Source: Salinivirgaceae bacterium
GTDB lineage: Bacteria; Bacteroidota; Bacteroidia; Bacteroidales; SZUA-534
NCBI GenBank assembly: GCA_024405635.1
Contig: JAKSOL010000018.1
Span: 1-60,541 of the forward strand
Direction: 5' to 3'
Length of the DNA: 60,541 nt
Part shown: positions 9,055 to 19,035 of the stretch, piece by piece
Layout of the letters: the number at the start of each line of letters is the position of its first letter
Numbering within the stretch: position 1 is the first letter of the stretch
Notes under the pieces: model-generated
What the model was told of the DNA's origin: nothing
Seen by the model: the letters and a program-made list of their open reading frames with translations, nothing else
Database searches by the model: none
Position numbers and translations under genes: made by a program

Positions 9055-10071
9055 TTAGCACAGCAAAATTTTTATTGTCATTTCGCGTAGCAATTCTTCG
9101 TCGCCGATGCTTGGTGCATCTATGCCTTTTGAGTATGCGTCAAACTCGCGTAATATGCTCATTACTTGTGCACATTGGGCAAGCGAGTAATTGCGTGCGG
9201 CAATTTTATAATCCATTAAAAAGAACCTATTTGCTCCAATGTAGGCCAATAATGACGCATCGTCTTTGCTTGGACTTTCGTGATAGAGCATCACTTTATA
9301 GAAAAACGTGAATAGTAATGCAATATTTGGAATAATGCTGTTTTTAGGGTTGCGGCCTAAATGTTGGGCAATTTGTATTGATTTAAACATATCGCGTGCG
9401 CCAATAGCTTTTTGCAATTCAAAAACGTTGAATTCTTTGCTAATGCCTACGTTTTCTTCTACCTCTTTTGATGTAATTGTTTTAGCCGAAGACAAGATAA
9501 GCAACTTGTCAAGCTCGTTGGTTACGATAGTTAGGTTGTTGCCAAGTTGAGCAGCTAGCAATTCGGCAGTTTGAGGTTCAATGATGCGATCTTTATCTTT
9601 CAAATAATTTGTAATCCAAGCTGCCATGTTTCGGTCTTCAAGCGGAGAACTCTCAAATAGAATGCAGTTTTTTTCAATCTCTTTGTAAATCTTTTTGCGC
9701 GAATCGAGTTTCTTTTTTACGCAAAAAACCAAAATGGTCGATTCGGTTGGGTGGTTTATGTATTTTGAAAGTGCATCGTTTCCTGCATCTTTATCAAAAT
9801 CGCTAAGGTTTTGTGCTTCTTTAACTACAATTACATTGTGCTCCGACATCATAGGTAGGCGCAAAGCCGAGTCAAGTACGTTGCTCATATTGCTGTCTTT
9901 GCCATAAATAACCGATAGGTTAAAGTCTTTCTCGTCGTCGGGCAAGACATTTTTTTCTATATAGTTGCTAATGCAGTCAATAAAGTAAGGCTCCTCACCG
10001 CAAAGCATATACACTGGGTGGTACACACCTTTTTTTAGCTCGGCAAGTAGGTTGTTAAACTCAACTTTCAT
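9055..10071 (-). CDS. holA: DNA polymerase III delta subunit
   Basis: PVYMLCGEEPYFID, DFNLSVIYG, LPMMS and GISKEFNVFELQKA motifs; start MKVEF at 10071. Confidence 0.9.
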   Translation of the reverse strand: MKVEFNNLLAELKKGVYHPVYMLCGEEPYFIDCISNYIEKNVLPDDEKDFNLSVIYGKDSNMSNVLDSALRLPMMSEHNVIVVKEAQNLSDFDKDAGNDALSKYINHPTESTILVFCVKKKLDSRKKIYKEIEKNCILFESSPLEDRNMAAWITNYLKDKDRIIEPQTAELLAAQLGNNLTIVTNELDKLLILSSAKTITSKEVEENVGISKEFNVFELQKAIGARDMFKSIQIAQHLGRNPKNSIIPNIALLFTFFYKVMLYHESPSKDDASLLAYIGANRFFLMDYKIAARNYSLAQCAQVMSILREFDAYSKGIDAPSIGDEELLREMTIKILLC

Positions 10072-10134
10072 AAAGTAAAAATTTGCCTTAAAGATATTCA
10101 AAAACAACCGAGGCTCAACTTGTCAACAATCTTT

Positions 10135-10142
10135 TATATTTG
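10135..10142 (+). promoter_or_regulatory. -7 promoter element
   Basis: TATATTTG, exact TAnnTTTG, upstream of the 10167 ORF. Confidence 0.55.
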
Positions 10143-10166
10143 TTTTAAACAAACAACCATTTGACT

Positions 10167-10628
10167 ATGAAACGTGTATTCCTATTTTTTACCCTTGTTT
10201 TTGTGCTATTTGAGTCGTGCAGCATTAACATGAACGAGGGATATGTTTATTTTGTTGGTAACGAAACCGATGCAACTTTGTTTTTAGATATTGAATCGAA
10301 TGACAATGTGGCCAAATATACTCTTGCGCCATACGAGTCGGTGTATATAGGCAATTATATTGACGAAGGAACTAACGAGATAGGTTCAAACTATGGCGAC
10401 CAGTTTTTGCGCTATGAGTTTGATGAAATTAGAGTTTATTCTGATTCAAACCGAAAACACATGCTTATGTCCGATAATTGGGAAAACGAAACCACGGCAA
10501 GTTGGTTCTTTGGAGGTCAGTGGCAGCGCCGCGAGGTTGATGCAGCAACCTATATCAAAAAATATTGGCGCAACAATGAACAAGACATTGACCATGTGTA
10601 CAAACTTACTTTCATATTCAGTAAATAA
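10167..10628 (+). CDS. Hypothetical lipoprotein
   Basis: MKR + hydrophobic stretch + FESC lipobox. Confidence 0.7.
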   Translation: MKRVFLFFTLVFVLFESCSINMNEGYVYFVGNETDATLFLDIESNDNVAKYTLAPYESVYIGNYIDEGTNEIGSNYGDQFLRYEFDEIRVYSDSNRKHMLMSDNWENETTASWFFGGQWQRREVDAATYIKKYWRNNEQDIDHVYKLTFIFSK

Positions 10629-10658
10629 GATTAAAACATATTTGGCTAGAAAAAAGCA

Positions 10659-10666
10659 TAAATTTG
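10659..10666 (+). promoter_or_regulatory. -7 promoter element of gmd-fcl
   Basis: TAAATTTG(C), exact consensus. Confidence 0.65.
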
Positions 10667-10710
10667 CGCCATAAAATTCAGCAGATAAGTTATTATAGAA
10701 TATTTAACAA

Positions 10711-11790
10711 ATGAGTAAAAAAGTTGCACTTATTACTGGAATCACAGGTCAAGATGGTTCTTTTTTGGCCGAATTCCTTCTTGAAAAAGATTATGAAGTT
10801 CACGGTACAATTCGTCGTTCGTCAAGTTTCAACACAGGCCGCATCGAGCATCTTTACATCGACGATTTGATTGAAGATATGCACAAAGGCCGCAAAATTT
10901 ATTTGCACTATAGCGACCTTACCGACAGCGAAAGTCTTATTCGCCTTATTCGCGAAATAAAACCCGACGAAATATACAATCTTGGTGCACAAAGCCATGT
11001 TCAAGTTAGTTTTGAGGTGCCAGAATACACTGCCGATGCCGATGCTGTTGGTGTGTTACGTATTTTGGAGGCCGTTCATTTCTTAGGCATGGAAAAGAAA
11101 TGTCGCATATATCAAGCTTCAACATCAGAATTGTTTGGCTTGGTACAAGAAGTGCCACAAAAAGAAACCACACCATTTTATCCACGTTCTCCATACGCAG
11201 TTGCAAAAATGTATGGCTTTTGGATTATGAAAAACTATCGTGAGAGTTACGGAATGTTTTGTTCAAATGGCATTTTGTTTAACCACGAGAGCGAGCGTCG
11301 CGGCGAAACTTTTGTTACCCGTAAAATAACTTTGGCTGCTAGCCGAATTGCTAAAGGATATCAAAAATGCCTTTACTTGGGCAACCTTAATGCCTTGCGC
11401 GATTGGGGATATGCAAAAGATTATGTTGAATGTATGTGGTTGATTTTGCAACAAGACCAACCCGACGATTTTGTGGTTGCAACTGGTGAGCAACACTCGG
11501 TTCGTGAGTTTTGTCAACTAGCTTTTAAAGAGGCTGGCATTGATATTGAATTCCGCGGCGAGGGTGTTGATGAAAAGGGATATGACAAAGCAACTGGCAA
11601 AGTAGTTATTGAGGTCGATCCAAAATATTTCCGTCCTGCCGAGGTTGAAACATTGCTTGGCGACCCTTCAAAAGCAAAAAAAGTGCTTGGTTGGAACCCT
11701 ACCAAAACTAGTTTTGCTGAACTTGTTAAGATAATGATGCAACACGACATGAAGTACGTTGAAAACGAACGTACCGCTAGAAACCGATAG
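10711..11790 (+). CDS. gmd: GDP-mannose 4,6-dehydratase
   Basis: [40 protein letters not shown]. Confidence 0.97.
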   Translation: MSKKVALITGITGQDGSFLAEFLLEKDYEVHGTIRRSSSFNTGRIEHLYIDDLIEDMHKGRKIYLHYSDLTDSESLIRLIREIKPDEIYNLGAQSHVQVSFEVPEYTADADAVGVLRILEAVHFLGMEKKCRIYQASTSELFGLVQEVPQKETTPFYPRSPYAVAKMYGFWIMKNYRESYGMFCSNGILFNHESERRGETFVTRKITLAASRIAKGYQKCLYLGNLNALRDWGYAKDYVECMWLILQQDQPDDFVVATGEQHSVREFCQLAFKEAGIDIEFRGEGVDEKGYDKATGKVVIEVDPKYFRPAEVETLLGDPSKAKKVLGWNPTKTSFAELVKIMMQHDMKYVENERTARNR

Positions 11791-11792
11791 AA

Positions 11793-12761
11793 ATGGAAAC
11801 TAACGCAAAAATATATGTAGCTGGGCATCGAGGATTGGTGGGTAGTGCCATTTGTCGCAATCTTGCTAAAAAAGGATACACTAACATAATTACTCGCACA
11901 CATAGCGAACTCGACTTGCTCAATCAAGCAGCAGTAAATGATTTTTTTGAACAAGAAAAGCCTGATTATGTGTTTCTTGCAGCTGCTCATGTTGGTGGTA
12001 TAGGCGCTAATTCAACATATCCAGCCGATTTTATCTATCAGAATATGATGATAGGTTTTAATGTGGTTGAGGCAAGCCGCAAAAACGGTGTTAAAAAACT
12101 AATGAATCTTGGTTCAACTTGCATTTACCCCAAAATGGCGCCACAGCCAATTCAAGAAGAATCGTTGCTCACAGGCCCGCTTGAGCCAACTAACGACGCC
12201 TATGCCTTGGCCAAGATTAGTGTAATTAAACTTTGCACAGCATATAACAAGCAATTTGGCACCGACTATCTTTCGGTTATGCCCACAAATTTATACGGAC
12301 CTGGAGATACATACGAGTTACAAGGAAGCCACGTTTTGCCAGCAATGATTCGCAAATTTCACGAGGCAAAAATAAATGGTACCGATGTGGTTAATCTTTG
12401 GGGCGATGGTTCACCGTTGCGCGAGTTCCTTTATAGTGAGGATTTGGCAGAAGCTGTAGTTTTCCTAATGGAGAATAAACATGCTAACGATGTACGTACA
12501 CCAACAGGCGATTTTGTAAATGTTGGTAGTGGTAAAGAATTAACAATTAAGCAATTGGCCGAAACAGTTCGCGATATTGTTTATGAAGGGACCAACCGTA
12601 CGTGCAAAATAAATTGGGACACAACTAAGCCAAACGGTACTCCTCGCAAATTGAGCGATATTACACGGTTGTTGTCTCTTGGTTGGAAACCAGCAACAGA
12701 ACTCCGCGATGGCATTAAACTATCATATGCCGATTTCCTCGCTGGAAATGTAAAAATGTAG
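11793..12761 (+). CDS. fcl: GDP-L-fucose synthase
   Basis: YVAGHRGLVGSA, LGSTCIYPK, YALAK, MPTNLYGP, WGDGSPLREFLY. Confidence 0.96.
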   Translation: METNAKIYVAGHRGLVGSAICRNLAKKGYTNIITRTHSELDLLNQAAVNDFFEQEKPDYVFLAAAHVGGIGANSTYPADFIYQNMMIGFNVVEASRKNGVKKLMNLGSTCIYPKMAPQPIQEESLLTGPLEPTNDAYALAKISVIKLCTAYNKQFGTDYLSVMPTNLYGPGDTYELQGSHVLPAMIRKFHEAKINGTDVVNLWGDGSPLREFLYSEDLAEAVVFLMENKHANDVRTPTGDFVNVGSGKELTIKQLAETVRDIVYEGTNRTCKINWDTTKPNGTPRKLSDITRLLSLGWKPATELRDGIKLSYADFLAGNVKM

Positions 12762-12774
12762 TTTTTGAAGAAAG

Positions 12775-12818
12775 AAAAAAAGACAGAGCCTTACAATGTT
12801 GAGACTCTGTTTTTTTTT
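12775..12818 (+). terminator. Intrinsic terminator after fcl
   Basis: ACAGAG...CTCTGT stem followed by a long T run. Confidence 0.65.
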
Positions 12819-13070
12819 GAATTATACATTCATGAATATGTATAATGGTGAGCAAAATGTACAGGAGATATCCTTTACTCAGCCAAGTAAAAAACGCAGA
12901 TTTATTTAACTGTCGTTTAAAGCTATATAAGGCAAAGAGTTTGCCAATAATCAACGAATTACAATCATTTCGCCAAAAAAAATAGTGTGCATGTATAACA
13001 AATAAATAGTTTTGAATTGCGAAAATGTATGTAAAGTGCAAAGAAGCAATTGAGACAAAAAAAGTAGCAG

Positions 13071-14045
13071 ATGAATATCTTAATTACAGGCGGAGCGGGA
13101 TTCATTGGATCTAATTTGTGCGAGTTTTTTCTAGCGCAAGGACATAATGTTACTTGTCTCGACAATTTTTCAACTGGCAAGCGCGAAAACATACAACCAT
13201 TTTTTAGCCAATATCCATCTGCATTCCAATTGATTGAGGGCGACATTCGCAATCTCGAAACTTGTCGTCGAGCAGTTGTTGGAGTTGATTATGTGTTGCA
13301 CGAAGCTGCACTTGGGTCAGTGCCACGCTCAATTAACGACCCAATTACCACTAACGAAGTGAATATCAGTGGATTTTTGAACATGCTAGTTGCCGCTCGT
13401 GATGAAAAAGTGAAACGTTTCATATTTGCAGCTAGCTCATCAACCTATGGCGACTCAACAGCATTACCAAAGGTTGAGGAGAATATAGGTCGTCCATTGT
13501 CGCCATACGCCATTACAAAGTATGTAAACGAGCTATATGCCGATGTATTTTGCCGTACTTATGGTATGGAGTACATAGGTTTGCGTTACTTTAATGTGTT
13601 TGGCCGTCGTCAAGATCCTAACGGAGCTTATGCAGCAGTAATACCTTTGTTTGTAAAGTTACTAATAGAGCATAAACAACCTATTATTAATGGTGATGGT
13701 GAGTACTCGCGAGACTTTACATACATTGACAATGTGCTGCTAATGAACAAGTTGGCTATTGAAGCTAAGGTGGGTTCTGATGCGGTAAACCAAATATATA
13801 ACACAGCATTTGGAGAACGCACAACACTTAACCAATTGTTAGGCGCATTAAAGGAACTATTAAGTCAGTTTGATCCTGAAATTCAAAATATTGAACCAAT
13901 TCATGGCCCCAACCGTTCGGGCGACATTCCACACTCACTTGCTAGCATCGACAAAGCAAAACATTTGTTGGGATATGCTCCAAAATTCTCAATGTATGAA
14001 GGGTTGAAAAATGCGGTTGATTGGTACTGGAAACAAAATAAATAA
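13071..14045 (+). CDS. UDP-GlcNAc/UDP-GlcNAcA 4-epimerase, WbpP/TviC-like SDR
   Basis: GGAGFIGSNL, HEAALGSVPRS, SPYAITKYVNELYA, LRYFNVFGRRQDPNGAYAAVIP. Confidence 0.9.
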   Translation: MNILITGGAGFIGSNLCEFFLAQGHNVTCLDNFSTGKRENIQPFFSQYPSAFQLIEGDIRNLETCRRAVVGVDYVLHEAALGSVPRSINDPITTNEVNISGFLNMLVAARDEKVKRFIFAASSSTYGDSTALPKVEENIGRPLSPYAITKYVNELYADVFCRTYGMEYIGLRYFNVFGRRQDPNGAYAAVIPLFVKLLIEHKQPIINGDGEYSRDFTYIDNVLLMNKLAIEAKVGSDAVNQIYNTAFGERTTLNQLLGALKELLSQFDPEIQNIEPIHGPNRSGDIPHSLASIDKAKHLLGYAPKFSMYEGLKNAVDWYWKQNK

Positions 14046-14048
14046 CCT

Positions 14049-15320
14049 ATGGAATTAAAAGATGTAAAAATTGCGGTAATTGGTTTAGGCTACGTTGGTT
14101 TACCTTTAGCCCGTTTGTTTTCAACTAAATACAAAACAGTAGGATTCGACATGAATCCTAATCGCGTACAAGCTCTTATGGCTGGTCACGATGCAACATT
14201 TGAGGTGAGCGACGAATTGCTGCAATCGGCATTGAAAAATGGTTTCGTTTGCTCGTCAAACATTGAAGATATACGCGACTGCAACTTTTATGTAGTTGCC
14301 GTACCAACTCCAGTTGATAAGAACAATGCTCCCGATTTGGCACCGCTTTATGGAGCTAGCACCACAGTAGGAAAAGTTATTAGTAAAGGCAATATTGTGG
14401 TTTATGAGTCAACAGTTTATCCAGGTGTTACTGAAGACGAGTGCTTGCCAGTGGTTGAACAAGTATCGGGGTTGAAATTCAACGTTGATTTCTTTGCTGG
14501 TTATTCGCCTGAGCGTATTAATCCAGGTGATAAGCAACATACGGTAGAAAAAATTAAAAAAGTTACATCTGGATCAACTCCAGAGATAGGACAATTTATC
14601 AATTCGGTTTACTCATCGGTCATCTCAGCAGGAACTCATCTTGCGCCATCAATTAAAGTTGCCGAAGCAGCAAAGGTTATCGAAAACTCGCAACGCGACA
14701 TCAACATTGCATTTGTTAACGAACTATCAAAAATATTCACACGAATGGGCATTGACACCAACGATGTACTTGAAGCCGCATCTACTAAATGGAACTTTTT
14801 GCCATTTAAGCCAGGTTTAGTTGGTGGTCACTGCATCAGTGTAGATCCGTATTATTTGGCACAATGTGCGCAACGTTTGGGATATAACCCTGAAATAATT
14901 TTGGCAGGCCGCCGCATGAATGACGGTATGGGCGAGTACGTTGCAACCCAAGTAGTTAAACTGATGATTAAGAAAGGGATACGAGTGCTTCATGGTAAAA
15001 TATTGGTAATGGGTTTCACCTTTAAAGAGAATTGTCCCGATGTGCGTAACACAAAAGTTGCTGATATAGTTAAGGCTCTTAAAGATTTTGGCCTCGATGT
15101 TGAGGTTTATGATCCTTGGGCAAATTCGCAAGTAGCCGAGCACGAGTACAATATTAAAGTGAGCAACCAAATACCAACCAACAAATATGATGCTGCCGTT
15201 GTAGCAGTTGCCCATAACGAATTTAAAAACATTGATATAGTATCAATGATGAACGCAAATCATGTGATTTTTGATGTTAAAGCGTTCATGCCTCGTGACA
15301 TAATTGACGGACGTTTATAA
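14049..15320 (+). CDS. UDP-N-acetylhexosamine 6-dehydrogenase, WbpO/TviB-like
   Basis: GLGYVGLPLA, YSPERINPGD, GLVGGHCI, FKENCPDVRN. Confidence 0.9.
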   Translation: MELKDVKIAVIGLGYVGLPLARLFSTKYKTVGFDMNPNRVQALMAGHDATFEVSDELLQSALKNGFVCSSNIEDIRDCNFYVVAVPTPVDKNNAPDLAPLYGASTTVGKVISKGNIVVYESTVYPGVTEDECLPVVEQVSGLKFNVDFFAGYSPERINPGDKQHTVEKIKKVTSGSTPEIGQFINSVYSSVISAGTHLAPSIKVAEAAKVIENSQRDINIAFVNELSKIFTRMGIDTNDVLEAASTKWNFLPFKPGLVGGHCISVDPYYLAQCAQRLGYNPEIILAGRRMNDGMGEYVATQVVKLMIKKGIRVLHGKILVMGFTFKENCPDVRNTKVADIVKALKDFGLDVEVYDPWANSQVAEHEYNIKVSNQIPTNKYDAAVVAVAHNEFKNIDIVSMMNANHVIFDVKAFMPRDIIDGRL

Positions 15321-15447
15321 TATATATATTGGTGTGGCAATGTCGCACGTGCGCGCGAACAATATAGCAAAAGGTTAATACACAAAAACTTTTATTCAAA
15401 AATTGTATTTGCTTTACTTTGCGCGCAAATCAAAAACAATTTGACAT

Positions 15448-17778
15448 ATGCAGAAGAATTTGGTAATCGTAGAGTCCCCTGCAAAGGCTAAAACAATTGA
15501 AAAATTTTTGGGTAAGGACTATACCGTGATGTCAAGTTACGGCCATATTCGCGATTTGGCGAAAAAGGGATTTGGTATAGATATTGAAAAGAAATTTTCG
15601 CCCAACTATGAAATTTCGGCCGATAAGAAAAAGCTTGTAGCCGATTTGAAAAAAGCCACAAAAGAAGCTGAAGTTATATGGCTTGCATCCGATGAGGACC
15701 GCGAGGGAGAGGCAATTGCTTGGCATTTGTATGAGGTGCTTGGTTTAAAAAACAAAGAAACAAAGCGTATCGTTTTTCACGAGATTACTAAAGAAGCAAT
15801 TCTGCATGCTATTGAAACGCCTCGCGATATTGATATCAACTTAGTCAATGCACAACAAGCTCGTCGAGTGCTCGACCGTTTGGTAGGCTTTGAACTTTCG
15901 CCTGTGTTATGGAAAAAAATTCGTCCATCGCTTTCAGCAGGTCGTGTTCAGTCGGTTGCAGTGCGCTTGATTGTTGATCGTGAACGCGAGATAATGGACT
16001 ATACTCCTGAAATTTCGTACAAAGTTACAGGTAACTTCACAGCAGATAAAAATGTTGAACTTAAAGCAGAACTGAACCACAGATTCGATTCATCGGCAAG
16101 CGCAAAAAAATTCCTAGAAGATTGCAAAAACGCATCATTTAGTGTTGCTGATATAAGCCAAAAACCAGTAAAACGTAGCCCTGCACCACCATTTACAACA
16201 TCAACATTGCAGCAAGAGGCTAGTCGTAAATTTGGGTTCTCCGTATCGCAAACAATGTCTATTGCGCAAAAACTTTACGAAGACGGAAAAATAACCTATA
16301 TGCGTACCGACTCGGTTAACCTTTCTGATGCTGCCGTTGCTGCCGCTTCTGAGGCAATAACCAACTTGTACGGCAAAGAATATTTGAAAGTTCGTCAATA
16401 CAAAACCAAGACAAAAGGCGCTCAAGAGGCTCACGAGGCTATTCGCCCAACCTATTTAAGCAAAGAAACTATCTCGGGTACTGCAAGCGAAAAACGATTG
16501 TACGAACTTATATGGAAACGCACAGTTGCTTCGTTAATGAGCGATGCAGAACTAGAGAAAACAACCATTGCACTTAATATTTCAAATTCAAAATACCAGT
16601 TTGTAGCTCAAGGCGAAATGGTAAAGTTCGATGGTTTTTTGAAAGTTTATATTGAATCAACCGATGAACAAGACGATGAAGAGGCAGGATCATTGATGCC
16701 AAAATTATCAATAGGTCAACTAATGGATTACAAAAACATTTTGGCTACTCAAAAATTTTCGTTGCATCAGCCTCGATACACAGAAGCATCACTTGTTCGT
16801 AAACTTGAAGAGTTGGGCATTGGCCGCCCATCAACATACGCACCAACTATATCAACAATTCAAAACCGCGAATATGTTTTGAAAGAAGATCGCCCTGGAA
16901 AAACTCGCGTTATTGAGGAAATGACCTTAAAAAACGGAGTGGTGAATGTTGAAAACAAAAACGAAAATTATGAGGTAGAGAAAGGAAAACTATTCCCAAC
17001 CGATATAGGCATGGTTGTTAACGACTATTTGGTTGAAAATTTCCCTTCAATACTTGACTATAACTTTACTGCCGAAGTTGAAAAGGAACTTGACGATGTG
17101 GCAGAAGGTAGCATGGTATGGCAAAATATGATTGAGGAATTCTATAATCCATTCCATCAAACAATTGAAACTGCAGTTGAAACATCTGGTCGCAAAGTAG
17201 GCGAACGCGTATTGGGCACCGATCCTCAATCGGGAAAACAAATTGTTGTAAAGATTGGTCGTTATGGTCCAATGGCTCAAATTGGTGGTGCCGACGAGGA
17301 CGAAAAACCTCAATTTGCAGCCTTGCGCAAGGATCAACACATTGAAACTATAACACTAGAAGAGGCTCTAGACTTGTTTAAATTGCCACGTACTTTGGGC
17401 AATTATGAGGACAAAACAGTTGTTGCAGCAATTGGACGATTTGGTCCATATATTCGCCACAACAATGCATTTTACTCACTCAAAAAAGGAATCGACGATC
17501 CCTATACTGTTACATTGGACCGCGCAATTGAATTGATAGAAGAAAAGCGCCTTGCTGATAAAAACAAAGTGATTAATGTTTTTGAGACAGATAAAGGACA
17601 AATTCAGGTTTTAAACGGACGATTTGGTCCTTATGTGGCTTTTGATGGCAAAAATTACAGAATACCTAAAACTGTTGATGTAACAACACTTACAGCTGAA
17701 CAATGCAAAGAAATAATTGCAAAAGAAGGTTCAAAAACATCAACAAAATCATCAAGCAGAACCACTAGAAAAAAATAG
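15448..17778 (+). CDS. topA: DNA topoisomerase I
   Basis: LVIVESPAKAKTI, DEDREGEAI, SAGRVQS, ITYMRTDS, and C-terminal GRFGPY repeats. Confidence 0.97.
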   Translation: MQKNLVIVESPAKAKTIEKFLGKDYTVMSSYGHIRDLAKKGFGIDIEKKFSPNYEISADKKKLVADLKKATKEAEVIWLASDEDREGEAIAWHLYEVLGLKNKETKRIVFHEITKEAILHAIETPRDIDINLVNAQQARRVLDRLVGFELSPVLWKKIRPSLSAGRVQSVAVRLIVDREREIMDYTPEISYKVTGNFTADKNVELKAELNHRFDSSASAKKFLEDCKNASFSVADISQKPVKRSPAPPFTTSTLQQEASRKFGFSVSQTMSIAQKLYEDGKITYMRTDSVNLSDAAVAAASEAITNLYGKEYLKVRQYKTKTKGAQEAHEAIRPTYLSKETISGTASEKRLYELIWKRTVASLMSDAELEKTTIALNISNSKYQFVAQGEMVKFDGFLKVYIESTDEQDDEEAGSLMPKLSIGQLMDYKNILATQKFSLHQPRYTEASLVRKLEELGIGRPSTYAPTISTIQNREYVLKEDRPGKTRVIEEMTLKNGVVNVENKNENYEVEKGKLFPTDIGMVVNDYLVENFPSILDYNFTAEVEKELDDVAEGSMVWQNMIEEFYNPFHQTIETAVETSGRKVGERVLGTDPQSGKQIVVKIGRYGPMAQIGGADEDEKPQFAALRKDQHIETITLEEALDLFKLPRTLGNYEDKTVVAAIGRFGPYIRHNNAFYSLKKGIDDPYTVTLDRAIELIEEKRLADKNKVINVFETDKGQIQVLNGRFGPYVAFDGKNYRIPKTVDVTTLTAEQCKEIIAKEGSKTSTKSSSRTTRKK

Positions 17779-17779
17779 T

Positions 17780-18925
17780 ATGGCGTTCGATAAAGATTTC
17801 TTGCTTCATTTTAATACCCAGCGTAGCGAAGTATTGTCTAAATTCAGCTCAGAATCTGGATATTTAGGCGAGCAGTTGTTTGCTGATCCTGAAAAAAACT
17901 TATCGCAAGCAAACATTGCTATTTTTGGTATTGACGATACTAGAAATGCTTTTCCAATGCCATATTCAGCAAGTTCCGACTATGTTCGCTACTGGTTATA
18001 CCAACTATCGGCATTCAACAATCTTAAAGTGGTTGATTTGGGAACAATGGTGCAAGGCAATACTATTATTGATAGCAAAATGGCATTGTCGCATATAGTT
18101 GAAACACTGATAAGCAATAATGTTATACCAATAATAATAGGTGGCACGCATGATTTTACTATACCAATGATTAAAGGATTGCTTGCTACGCAAAAAAGAG
18201 TAGAGTATTGTTTATTTGACTCTCGCTTTGATTTGCAATATGCCGATAAAGGCACAAACTCTCGATCGTTTTTAAAACAATTATTAATGGAAACGAGAGA
18301 AAAAGCACATGCAAATATAATGGGATACCAATCGTACTATGTTACGCAATCCCAAATTGATGAATTGAGCGATGCAGAGGTCGATTTATATCGTCTTGGA
18401 ATTGTTCGTTCTCAATTAAATCAAATGGAGCCAATTATACGCGATTGCGATGCTATTTCATTTGATCTTTCAGTAATCCGCCAGTCCGATATGCCTTCAA
18501 CAACAAATCCAGGCCCCAATGGATTATATACAGAAGAAGCATGTCAATTGGCTTTTTTCGCTGGAATGAGCGATTATACAAAAGCTTTTGCAACATTTGA
18601 ATTAGTATCAAAACATTCACCTCTTGATATTTCTGCACACTTGAACGCGCAAATAATATGGCATTATATGTATGGCATATCTCAACGTAAAGGTGATTAT
18701 CCAGTAGGGTCAATTGACAATTACCAAAAAATAATTGTCAAAATTGAAGGTTCAGAAGTCGATATGGTATTCTACAAAAGTCCATTAAGTGGTCGCTATT
18801 GGTTTGAGAATCCAAGTGTGAATGGTAAACATATTGAATTGATATCGTGCTCAAAAGAAGATTATGTAGCATTGTCAAATGGGGATATACCAATAAGAAT
18901 ACAGAAATGTTTATGTGGTTTGTAG
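17780..18925 (+). CDS. Arginase/formimidoylglutamase-family protein with degenerate metal motifs
   Basis: Ureohydrolase fold motifs appear as GGTHD, DSRFD, SFDLS and PGPNGL; start MAFDK 1 nt after the topA stop. Confidence 0.8.
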   Translation: MAFDKDFLLHFNTQRSEVLSKFSSESGYLGEQLFADPEKNLSQANIAIFGIDDTRNAFPMPYSASSDYVRYWLYQLSAFNNLKVVDLGTMVQGNTIIDSKMALSHIVETLISNNVIPIIIGGTHDFTIPMIKGLLATQKRVEYCLFDSRFDLQYADKGTNSRSFLKQLLMETREKAHANIMGYQSYYVTQSQIDELSDAEVDLYRLGIVRSQLNQMEPIIRDCDAISFDLSVIRQSDMPSTTNPGPNGLYTEEACQLAFFAGMSDYTKAFATFELVSKHSPLDISAHLNAQIIWHYMYGISQRKGDYPVGSIDNYQKIIVKIEGSEVDMVFYKSPLSGRYWFENPSVNGKHIELISCSKEDYVALSNGDIPIRIQKCLCGL

Positions 18926-19035
18926 CGAAACAATAGTCATTCTAAAAGAGAAACAAACCATTTTATTCACACTAAACTGTTGATTATTGTTTTTTTGTTT
19001 AATTTTAGCGCCGTTTCGCAAGAAAAAGGTATAGT

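Noticed and set aside
12715-13252. Minus-strand ORFs of 108 and 95 aa around the fcl-epimerase spacer
   Set aside because: They overlap real genes and a terminator and have no recognisable features
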